Assembly: GCA_964360815.1 (NCBI GenBank)
Contig: CAYHYA010000006.1
Location: 1-40,468, forward strand
From: an uncultured Candidatus Saccharibacteria bacterium
GTDB taxonomy: Bacteria > Patescibacteriota > Minisyncoccia > Phycocordibacterales > JACOZG01
Length of the DNA: 40,468 nucleotides
Direction: 5' to 3'
Positions 9,616-19,490 of the stretch are shown in pieces. Each line of letters begins with the position of its first letter. Within the stretch, counting starts at the first letter, position 1. The position numbers and the translations under genes are program-made. The notes beneath the pieces were generated by a model. That model searched no databases and had not been told where the DNA came from. It worked only from the letters and a program-made list of their open reading frames with translations.

Positions 9616-9642
9616 TAATTGTACCAAATTAGTACGATCGTG
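9616..9642. repeat. Right 27-bp inverted repeat, part of a 38-bp palindrome (9619-9656)
   Basis: TAATTGTACCAAATTAGTACGATCGTG; palindrome arms TTGTACCAAA/TTTGGTACAA around ACGATCGT. Confidence 0.92.
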
Positions 9643-9771
9643 GTATTTTGGTACAACTGATTAAAACTAATTGAAACATGCGCAGATAGTTACGGAATAT
9701 AGCCCAATGGAAACAAGAAGACCCCGCGACGACTAGCGTGCGGGGTCATGGAATCCATGAAATCGAGGAGA

Positions 9772-10665
9772 CTAACTAGCTACCGGTGGCAGGATTCCAA
9801 ATCGCGGAAGCAGTTTGAGGGAGATCAGTTTGTACTGAAGAATCCCCACAAACGCCCCGAGGATTCCACCGAATAAAACCTGCAACGTTCGAGCGGAAAG
9901 CGATTGCCCTGGTTGGATGAGGAACAGGTAAGACCCGAGAGTTCCCAATGCGCTGGCAATCAAGCAGATTAGACGTTCGTTCGAGTGGATAATTACCACA
10001 AAACGCCAGGCCGCTCTAGTCACGATACGGATAAAGCAATAGGAATAAATGATTATTCCTAAGACCAGATTTATCGGTATGGCGACCACTAAACAAACCA
10101 GCATAAAAAGACACATGACCATCTTGATGAGTAAAAAACCCAACCAAGATTGATATGTGGCCAAAAGCGCCCGATGTTCTTTTTCCGGCAGTTCTTCTGC
10201 AAACCATTCGGTAATTTCGTAAAGACAGATCGCAAGAATCAGGCCGGCGACCGCAGAAAGTATTACTGCACAAAGTAGCACTATTTCTAGCTCACCAACA
10301 ACTGTCGGGCTCCAGTCGTTTTTAAGAACTTCTAAAAATTTACCAAAACACCAAAACCCGACGACCAGACTCGGATACAGAAACGGGTGTGGTTTTATGA
10401 TCCATCTCCCCGTGACGATAACCGTTCTCCACCACCGTGCCGGCGCTATCGTTGATCGTGTCACTTGTTTGATTTCCTGCCAGCCAACGAGACAAACACG
10501 GGTCGCCGCTCTAATTGTTTGTTGGAATTCGTACACAACATAACCGCCAGCGGCACCGGCGAATAATCCCAACCACCAGTAACCCGGAGTAGCGGCAACG
10601 GCGCTGGCTGTGCCGACCACTCCGCCAACAAAACAGGCCCAAGCAATCTTACTTGTTTCGGTCAT
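9772..10665 (-). CDS. Hypothetical polytopic membrane protein (accessory)
   Basis: Many hydrophobic helices; SD AAAAGGAG; hairpin GACCCCGC..GCGGGGTC (9720-9748) downstream. Confidence 0.75.
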   Translation of the reverse strand: MTETSKIAWACFVGGVVGTASAVAATPGYWWLGLFAGAAGGYVVYEFQQTIRAATRVCLVGWQEIKQVTRSTIAPARWWRTVIVTGRWIIKPHPFLYPSLVVGFWCFGKFLEVLKNDWSPTVVGELEIVLLCAVILSAVAGLILAICLYEITEWFAEELPEKEHRALLATYQSWLGFLLIKMVMCLFMLVCLVVAIPINLVLGIIIYSYCFIRIVTRAAWRFVVIIHSNERLICLIASALGTLGSYLFLIQPGQSLSARTLQVLFGGILGAFVGILQYKLISLKLLPRFGILPPVAS

Positions 10666-10805
10666 TTTTTTTCTCCTTTTAAAGAACAGGTCACCTTAAG
10701 AAACCCACTGTTTTCAGTTAAGCATGTTGATACTGATTCGTCAAGATTAAAATGGGAGTGAAAAATTAGAATTACCGTTCGGTTTTTGTTATCCTTACCA
10801 ACATC

Positions 10806-12077
10806 ATGCTCGATATTAAATTCATTCGTGAAAACGCCGTGCTGGTGAAAGAGGCGGTGCGGAAAAAACATCTGATGCTCGAGGTGGATAAATTACTCGC
10901 GGTTGACGCCAAACGTCTTGAACTCTTGCGCGCGGTGGAAGCGGCGCGGGCCGAGCAAAACACCACCGGTGAGAAAATCGCTACGGCCACCGATAAGACC
11001 GCACTGGTGAGTGCGATGACCGAACTAAAAGAAAAACTGAAAAAACAAGAGGACGAGTTGTCGGCGGTGATGAAAGATTGGCAGAAACTGATGCTCGACG
11101 TGCCGAACTTGCCGGACGTGTCGGTGCCGGAAGGAGAAACAGACGCTGATAATCAGGAGATCAAAGTTTGGGGTGAGAAACCGAAATTTTCCTTTACGCC
11201 GAAAAGCCACATTGAACTCTTAACCGCTAATGGTCTAACCGATTTTGAACGGGGCACTAAAGTTGCCGGTTTTCGTGGTTACGTTCTTGGTCGTGGCGCG
11301 GTCAGTTTGTCTTTCGCTCTCTGGCAACTGGCGCTTAATTTTTTAACCACGCGCGGTTTTGAAGCGATGCTCGTGCCGTCTCTCGTCAAACGAGAAAACT
11401 TGATTGGGACCGGCTATTTGCCCGCCGGCGCACCTGATCTTTACGCGACTCAAGATGGTGATTACTTAGCGGGCACGGCGGAAGTGCCGGTGATGGGCTG
11501 TTTTGCCGATGAAATTTTGTCGCTTGAATCGTTACCGAAAAAGATTGTGGCTTTCTCGCCCTGTTTTCGTCGCGAAGCCGGCAGTCATGGCAAGGATGTT
11601 AAGGGCTTGATGCGTTTACACGAGTTTTTCAAAGTGGAGCAAGTGGTTTTGAGTGAAGCGAAACACGACGAGAGCGTTCGCCTGCACGAGGAATTATTGG
11701 CCAACGCTGAAGCGATCATGCAAGCGCTCGGTTTGCCTTATCGCGTGGTGATTAACTGCGGCGGCGATTTGGGTTTGGGCGCGGTAAAGAAATACGATCT
11801 TGAGGTCTGGGTGCCAACGGAAGGGAAATATCGCGAGACACACTCGATCTCTTATTTCCACGATTTTCAAACCAGACGTTTAAATATTCGTTATCGTTCA
11901 GCCGAGGGCCGGCCGCTTTTCGCTCACTCGCTTAATGGCACAGCGCTAGCCACGCCGCGTTTACTAATTCCTTTTGTCGAACATTACCAACAACCAGACG
12001 GTTCGATTGCGGTGCCGGAAATTTTGCGTCCCTATCTCGGCGGGCTGACAGTGCTCGAGCATGGTCAGTCAGCATGA
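10806..12077 (+). CDS. serS: Serine--tRNA ligase
   Basis: MLDIKFIREN coiled-coil arm, GTAEV, FRREAGSHG, HSLNGTA. Confidence 0.98.
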   Translation: MLDIKFIRENAVLVKEAVRKKHLMLEVDKLLAVDAKRLELLRAVEAARAEQNTTGEKIATATDKTALVSAMTELKEKLKKQEDELSAVMKDWQKLMLDVPNLPDVSVPEGETDADNQEIKVWGEKPKFSFTPKSHIELLTANGLTDFERGTKVAGFRGYVLGRGAVSLSFALWQLALNFLTTRGFEAMLVPSLVKRENLIGTGYLPAGAPDLYATQDGDYLAGTAEVPVMGCFADEILSLESLPKKIVAFSPCFRREAGSHGKDVKGLMRLHEFFKVEQVVLSEAKHDESVRLHEELLANAEAIMQALGLPYRVVINCGGDLGLGAVKKYDLEVWVPTEGKYRETHSISYFHDFQTRRLNIRYRSAEGRPLFAHSLNGTALATPRLLIPFVEHYQQPDGSIAVPEILRPYLGGLTVLEHGQSA

Positions 12078-12930
12078 TTATTTACGATCCACGCCGCGCG
12101 AACGAGCTTGGTCGTGGCGTTTAATTTGCCTCTGTTTGGCTCTGCTCGTCACCAGCGTTGGTGGGGCGGTATTTTTCTTGAACCAAGAACGGTTTGCCCT
12201 GCGGGAGATTGTCATCACCGGCAATCGCCTGATTCCAACCACCGATCTCGTCTCCGCGGTTAAAAAAACTTTGTCGCGCGATCACTGGCTTCTTCGAACC
12301 GATCGCTTCTGGTTTTATTCGCCGCTTACGGTGGCGCGCGAGCTGTCTAATAATTTTGACCGCTTGATGGCGGTGGCCGTATCAGCGTCAACCTTTAATA
12401 CTTTGCGGGTTCAAGTGGTTGAACGGCAACCAACGGCGATCTGGTGTCGGGAGACCTGTTTTTATTTAGACGAAACCGGAACAGTTTTTGCTTCCGCGCC
12501 TGATTTTTCTCACGCGCCCGTGCCGGTGATCACCGGTGAATGGTCCCCGCGACCGGTTAACGCCACCACCACGCCGGTTCAGGCGGTTGGTCTCGGCACC
12601 CAACCAATCCCGCGTTCGGATTTTGGGCGGCTGCGTTCGCTGGTTTCAAAACTCAATCAATTTTTGGCGACCACCGTTTTGGCCGGTCAAACCATCTGGC
12701 GAATTGACGTTTCAACGGTTGGGGACTATGAGTTTTACTCCGAACCCCGAGAGCCCGATCAATCAGGATTTAAAATCATCAGCACGCGGCGGCAAACTGA
12801 AACGGAAATCATTTCTCTCCTTCACTCCACCCTCACGGTCGCGACTTTTAAAAACGAATTGGCCATCGGCCGAGCGCTGACCTCTCTCGACCTCCGTTTC
12901 CCGGGCAAAATCTTTTACCGTTTTGATTGA
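12061..12930 (+). CDS. FtsQ/DivIB-like POTRA-domain membrane protein
   Basis: Single TM, IVITGN POTRA start, VVERQP, C-terminal LDLRF motif. Confidence 0.7.
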   Translation: MVSQHDYLRSTPRERAWSWRLICLCLALLVTSVGGAVFFLNQERFALREIVITGNRLIPTTDLVSAVKKTLSRDHWLLRTDRFWFYSPLTVARELSNNFDRLMAVAVSASTFNTLRVQVVERQPTAIWCRETCFYLDETGTVFASAPDFSHAPVPVITGEWSPRPVNATTTPVQAVGLGTQPIPRSDFGRLRSLVSKLNQFLATTVLAGQTIWRIDVSTVGDYEFYSEPREPDQSGFKIISTRRQTETEIISLLHSTLTVATFKNELAIGRALTSLDLRFPGKIFYRFD

Positions 12931-12972
12931 AAAAAGCGGGGACAGATAAATCTGACCCCGCCACTTTTTTGA

Positions 12973-14085
12973 CTATGGTACACCGTTATACGCTAACGAA
13001 CGATTCGAATAAGCACTGTCCGCCGTAACTTCTTCGATGATTTGTAAGGAGGGTGGCAAGCTAACCGCCTGACCCTCCTCGGTTAGTTCTACCTCGAGCA
13101 TGACGAGTCCTTCTAGGTGGCCGCCAAAAACGTCTAGTTCGAAGTACTGGTCCCGAAAAAAGAAACAACACCGATCTTTGACAATTGGTCTAGCTTTCGG
13201 GTCAACCCGATCAAGCATCCTGGTATACTCGTCAACAGTTATTGGATATTCCTGCTCTGATCGAACCCCTGGCCGCACAACTGTCTTCCTTGCTTGGAAA
13301 CAACCAACGAATCCATCCTTGGTTCGTTTTCTGATCCTCTCTTCTTCTCCGGGGACACTCATTGAGAAATAGCGTTGCTCTATCTCTACCCATTGACCAT
13401 GGTCTGGGATGGACCGAGGATCAAATCGCGAGAGCAAAAACTTCCGTTCAATCTCAAGCGGGATCGGAATACCCAACAACGAACAGGTTGCCGCAAGAAC
13501 CGCTTGACGTTTTTTAGCGAAGTTCTCGTCGGCAGTGATGATCTTAATGTGTTGGTGACCACACCAGGCCTCAAGAACCGCCTGATCCTTAACCATGGCT
13601 TCTTCCACCGTTTCTGTGCGGGCCGGATTGTCGTGATTGTACATCTCGGGCAACCCGACCGCGGTGCTTTGGAGATGGATTATTCCTTGATAACGTTGAC
13701 CAAGAAACTCTCCAGTTGATCGGCCGAGCGATTTAACCAGATTTTCGAAAAGTGTTTTCTCAAGGTAGGCCTGACCATCCATTGCTCCGCGGTCACAAAT
13801 GACCACCACGCGCTCGCCGTTAGATTGGGCAATCTTGGCCATGTTACAGAAAGCGTCTTCCAGTGCTAACAAGCACTTAAGGAGACCCAGTTGGAACTCT
13901 TTCGGATTTGATCCGACGCCTCGTGGTCGTAAACCACCATTAATCATGAGGGTGGCCGTTTCGGGAACAAAGAAAACGGTCCAACCAAGCTCTTCGAGTT
14001 TCTGCCTTAAAAAACTAAGAATAGTGGTCTTGCCGGCGTCCGGTCCGCCCGTGAGCACAACCATCGGCACGTTATTTTCCGACAT
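12973..14085 (-). CDS. P-loop (AAA_28/NadR-like) NTPase fused to a CYTH triphosphate-tunnel domain
   Basis: LTGGPDAGKTT, CDRG; C-terminal EIERKF...FELDVF...LEVE; SD AAAGGAGG. Confidence 0.85.
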   Translation of the reverse strand: MSENNVPMVVLTGGPDAGKTTILSFLRQKLEELGWTVFFVPETATLMINGGLRPRGVGSNPKEFQLGLLKCLLALEDAFCNMAKIAQSNGERVVVICDRGAMDGQAYLEKTLFENLVKSLGRSTGEFLGQRYQGIIHLQSTAVGLPEMYNHDNPARTETVEEAMVKDQAVLEAWCGHQHIKIITADENFAKKRQAVLAATCSLLGIPIPLEIERKFLLSRFDPRSIPDHGQWVEIEQRYFSMSVPGEEERIRKRTKDGFVGCFQARKTVVRPGVRSEQEYPITVDEYTRMLDRVDPKARPIVKDRCCFFFRDQYFELDVFGGHLEGLVMLEVELTEEGQAVSLPPSLQIIEEVTADSAYSNRSLAYNGVP

Positions 14086-14183
14086 ATTTTCCTCCTTTCA
14101 AAGAACTGTTTCTATGCCAATTCCATGCTAACAAACCTCGTTGTGGTTGGCGAGCGGGCGTTTATCTAGTACACTGCTGATTC

Positions 14184-15955
<1,772 letters not shown>

Positions 15956-15962
<7 letters not shown>

Positions 15963-16498
15963 TATTGTCCACCGTTGACCGCAAATTTCTTTGGCGCAAA
16001 AGAAACCACCAAAAACCAACCCCAAGAAACCTGCTCGTCTTTCGGCCCAACGAAGTCAAACCAAATTTTCGGGAAGAATTGTCGTGAGAGGCGTCGCTCC
16101 TTTTTATCTTCCGCTGGATCAACAATGATAATATTTTTGTCTGTGACTCTAACCACGATCGAGTAGTGATCGTCGTCGCGATCGAACCAACCGATAATCA
16201 CCGGCAGTTTTTCGGTTTGAATGAAGTATTCGAGTTCAGCAATCGTGCCGTGCTCTTTAGCAAAGCCATACCCGCCCACCGCTTTAATCGCCCGAATTAG
16301 TCCCTCGTGTTCCGTACCCGTGCCGCGGGTTGTGTCTGGGCTCATCGGCGTGGCCGCGGTTAGATCGACTAACTCTTTCTCCGTTAGATTTTTTCCAAAA
16401 TAATCAAAAACCATTTTCAACACCGCCGGCCCGCAAAAGTTTGGCGTTTGACGGAATCTGGCGAGCCGGATTTTATTTTGACGATTCGTTGATGACAT
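15956..16498 (-). CDS. Peptidase C39-like cysteine protease
   Basis: Q..CGPAVLKMVFDYFG, HYSIV, IVDP (Cys-His-Asp triad). Confidence 0.85.
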
Positions 16499-17141
16499 AG
16501 TAACGATTAATTATTTCTTCGTTGGTTAAATTAGACCAAGGATAAGTTGGATCCATCGGGTAAGCCGCGACGCCGCCCCGGCGGCGCGCTTCTTTATCGG
16601 CGATGGTGGCATATTCGTGCGCTAAGTCGTAAATTTTCCCTTGTTGCATCAGCTCGCGCTCGATTTTCTCGTGGAGAAAAATAAAATCTATTTCCGCCGG
16701 ATCCATTAGGTGGTCGAGCCAGATTTCGTTTGGTGGAATGTAACTGTAAACTAAATCATGACCACCGAGAATAAATTCCGGATCAAGATACCGCCGGACA
16801 ACCGTGCCGTTAACGGAAACTACGGTCAAACCATCGCGCCGGGCGCGACTAATGACAAACTCTGGAGTTGGCCCGGGCTGACACAAATCTTTTTTCATTA
16901 ACTCGCGTTCGGTTTTAGGGTCGACCGTCGGTGACAGTGGCCGATAATCAAGTGTGGCCAAGAGAAAATCTTTTTCTTTGACATAACGATAATCGAGCCA
17001 AATTTGTCCGGACGGAATGTAATATTTCGGCTCGAAAGCGGCGAGGTTCGTCGAATGGCGATGAATCAGACCGAAATCATCATCGCGAGTATTGCGAATT
17101 TTGAAGCCGTCAACCAAAATAATTTTTTCCACTCCTAACAT
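16473..17141 (-). CDS. Hypothetical protein with putative metal-binding HExxE..H motif
   Basis: Start reassigned to ATG 17141; motifs GGHD.VY.YIP.NEIWLD, LHEKIER.LM, AHE; overlaps the start of the C39 gene. Confidence 0.7.
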   Translation of the reverse strand: MLGVEKIILVDGFKIRNTRDDDFGLIHRHSTNLAAFEPKYYIPSGQIWLDYRYVKEKDFLLATLDYRPLSPTVDPKTERELMKKDLCQPGPTPEFVISRARRDGLTVVSVNGTVVRRYLDPEFILGGHDLVYSYIPPNEIWLDHLMDPAEIDFIFLHEKIERELMQQGKIYDLAHEYATIADKEARRRGGVAAYPMDPTYPWSNLTNEEIINRYYVINESSK

Positions 17142-17211
17142 CACTCTAGTATTGCATAATTTCTGCTTTCGTGCTAGGATCAAAAAAGTATCGCCGAAAA
17201 AGAGATCATTG

Positions 17212-17445
17212 ATGAGGAAAGGTAAAAACAGGGGAGTTATTTGGACTTGGCCAGGTGGTTTTAAAACCGGGGATCGGGTGGTCTGTCGCGGATATCGCGC
17301 TGTTGTCATGCCCTGGATGCCTGATATCGTCAAAATCGAACCCGGACGCGTCTTGATCCAGGTTTCCATCACGGGTGGAGGTACGTTAAGGCAAGTACCA
17401 GTAGACGACCTCGAACGAGATATACCAATGTTCCATAATAATTGA
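17212..17445 (+). CDS. Small hypothetical protein, possibly SH3-like
   Basis: Promoter TTGCAT-17-TAGGAT (17152); FKTGDRV motif; terminator hairpin at about 17480-17520; start uncertain. Confidence 0.5.
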   Translation: MRKGKNRGVIWTWPGGFKTGDRVVCRGYRAVVMPWMPDIVKIEPGRVLIQVSITGGGTLRQVPVDDLERDIPMFHNN

Positions 17446-17584
17446 CCCACACCTTGTGGCGCCCTCGAAGGGGCCACCTGAAGCCGGAGACACCTTGGGG
17501 GGTGCTCTCTGGCTTTTTTGTTTAATTGCTCAAAAAAAGAGACCCGCGGGGGTCTCTTTCGGTTTTTTTCTTGGTCGAACTATT

Positions 17585-18073
17585 TTAAACTGGACGCAGG
17601 GATTGAAGAAGTTCAAACCACGGCCCATACCAAGGTCGCGTTTCCAACTGTTGCTTGATCTTCTCTCGATCTTTAGCAAGATCAGCGTTGTTGGCATCAG
17701 GGCACAATGATAACAACAAATCTTGCAAAAGGATCAGATAATCATATGGTGGATAACCACCACCAACAGCGATCATCATATTGTTAGAAACTATTGAATG
17801 AAGACTTGGCCGGGCGGTCATCCATAAGTCGAGAGAACGAAATAACGCACGCTCAAGCTCGCTCTCTTTTCCGTATCGTTTGCATAGACCAAATTTTTTT
17901 CGATCACCTCCCAGTCCCCTTGTTGCAAAATCAACAAATCCAATCAGTACATCTTTCAGGTTTAATGAATCTTGAACCGGTGGCGCCGATAAATAAAAAT
18001 CTCTCAATTGGCCTATAGTTTCAATCGATCTAACTTCTTCTAGGTTTGGCAACCAGATCTCTTTTCTACTCAC
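17585..18073 (-). CDS. Hypothetical protein (accessory)
   Basis: GTG start with SD AGAAAGGGG; promoter TTGACA-16-TATCTT (18163); hairpin AAAGAGACCC..GGGTCTCTTT downstream. Confidence 0.65.
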   Translation of the reverse strand: MSRKEIWLPNLEEVRSIETIGQLRDFYLSAPPVQDSLNLKDVLIGFVDFATRGLGGDRKKFGLCKRYGKESELERALFRSLDLWMTARPSLHSIVSNNMMIAVGGGYPPYDYLILLQDLLLSLCPDANNADLAKDREKIKQQLETRPWYGPWFELLQSLRPV

Positions 18074-18223
18074 TGGAACCCCTTTCTATTGTTTCAATGT
18101 CCAAAGTCCAGATAAAACCACATTCACTTTCCATAAAGATACCCAAAAACATAAATTTGTCAAAATAAATCAGAGTGACGGTGCTTGTTTTTTTTATTTT
18201 TATTTTGTGTTATCATGGGGGCC

Positions 18224-19021
18224 ATGAATGAAAAAACAAAAACTTATTTGGGTTGGGCGATTATTATCGCGGTTTTGATCGTGGCCGGCGGTGTTTGGAG
18301 CATGGCGAAAACCTATTCCAAATCACAAGAACCGGGGACTTATCGCAGTTTTGCCGTTTCCGGTGAGGGGAAAGCCGTCGGTGTGCCGGACGTGGCCGAA
18401 TTCACTTTCAGTGTGATTAACGAGGGCACGAAAGACATTACCACTCTCGAGGCGGCCAACACGGCCAAGGTCAATAAGGCGATTGATTTTTTGAAAGCGC
18501 GCAACATTAAAAGCGAAGATATTAAAACGGAAGTTTACAGTCTTGAACCGCGCTATCAGTCAACGCTGTGTCGGCCTTTACCATACGGTTCAAACGAACC
18601 AACGGTTTGTCCGCCGCCGACAATTGTTGGTTACACCGTTCGCCAAACAGTTTTGGTTAAAGTGAGGAAAGATGATTTTGCCGCACTGGGCGAATTGCTT
18701 TCCGGAGTAATCGAGAGCGGCGCTAACACGGTATCGCAACTTAATTTTACCGTGGATGATCCGGTTAAGTTGGAGAACGAAGCGCGTACCGAAGCGGTCG
18801 CGAAGGCCATGGCTAAAGCCGAAGCCCTCGCTGACGCCGGCGACTTTAATCTCGGCCGACTGTTGAGTGTTGAGGAAGGTGGAGTAACGCCGTTTTACGG
18901 CAAGTCCGCACGGGCGTTCGATGAATCTTTCCTGGCCACGGCTTCAGTGCCGGCGCCAGTCATTGAACCCGGTTCACAGGAGGTTAGCGTTTTCCTGACT
19001 CTGCGTTACGAGATAAAATAA
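18224..19021 (+). CDS. SIMPL/DUF541 domain protein
   Basis: TM anchor, VSGEGKAVGVPDVA, SGANTVSQLNF, IEPGSQEV. Confidence 0.92.
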   Translation: MNEKTKTYLGWAIIIAVLIVAGGVWSMAKTYSKSQEPGTYRSFAVSGEGKAVGVPDVAEFTFSVINEGTKDITTLEAANTAKVNKAIDFLKARNIKSEDIKTEVYSLEPRYQSTLCRPLPYGSNEPTVCPPPTIVGYTVRQTVLVKVRKDDFAALGELLSGVIESGANTVSQLNFTVDDPVKLENEARTEAVAKAMAKAEALADAGDFNLGRLLSVEEGGVTPFYGKSARAFDESFLATASVPAPVIEPGSQEVSVFLTLRYEIK

Positions 19022-19460
19022 GCTCAACAACTTTCTTCACGATCGCGCCATCGGCTTGATTTTTTAAATCTTTCATCAACGCGCCGATTAGTTTGCCGGC
19101 TTCGAGTTTGGTCTCTGCTCCGAGCGCGGCAATCTTTTCTCGAACAATTTTTTCGATTTCGTTTTCACTAAGCGCGATTGGTAAGTAAGTTTTAAGTTGT
19201 GCTAATTCGGCGGTTTCTTGTTGCACGAGATCGGGCCGATCGCCGGCGCGAAATTGTTCAATCGAATCTTGGCGTTGTTTAGCGGCGCGGCGAATCACCG
19301 CCAGCGTTTCTTCATCCGTTAACCAGTCATCCGGTTTGCGCCGTTTGGCCACCAGCTCGTTGGTGCAAGCGGCGACTAAACCGCGCACCACGCCGAGCTT
19401 GAGAGGGTTCTTCTCGAGCAGTGCTTGTTTGATCCCATTTTTTAGTTGTTGGTGCAACAT
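18984..19460 (-). CDS. GatB/YqeY domain protein
   Basis: KQRQDSIEQF..GDRPDL..E..L..YLP, GKLIGALMK, ADG. Confidence 0.92.
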   Translation of the reverse strand: MLHQQLKNGIKQALLEKNPLKLGVVRGLVAACTNELVAKRRKPDDWLTDEETLAVIRRAAKQRQDSIEQFRAGDRPDLVQQETAELAQLKTYLPIALSENEIEKIVREKIAALGAETKLEAGKLIGALMKDLKNQADGAIVKKVVELILSRNAESGKR

Positions 19461-19490
19461 GTTGGAAGTATATTATCATAACCACCACCG

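Noticed and set aside
8965-9650. Classical IS element with target-site duplication
   Set aside because: No DDE or HUH transposase; TATTTT occurs near both ends but not flush with the IRs, so no TSD can be called
17142-17477. N-terminal 112 aa of the 334-aa ORF
   Set aside because: Overlaps a divergent promoter and a plus-strand gene; the real start is more likely ATG 17141
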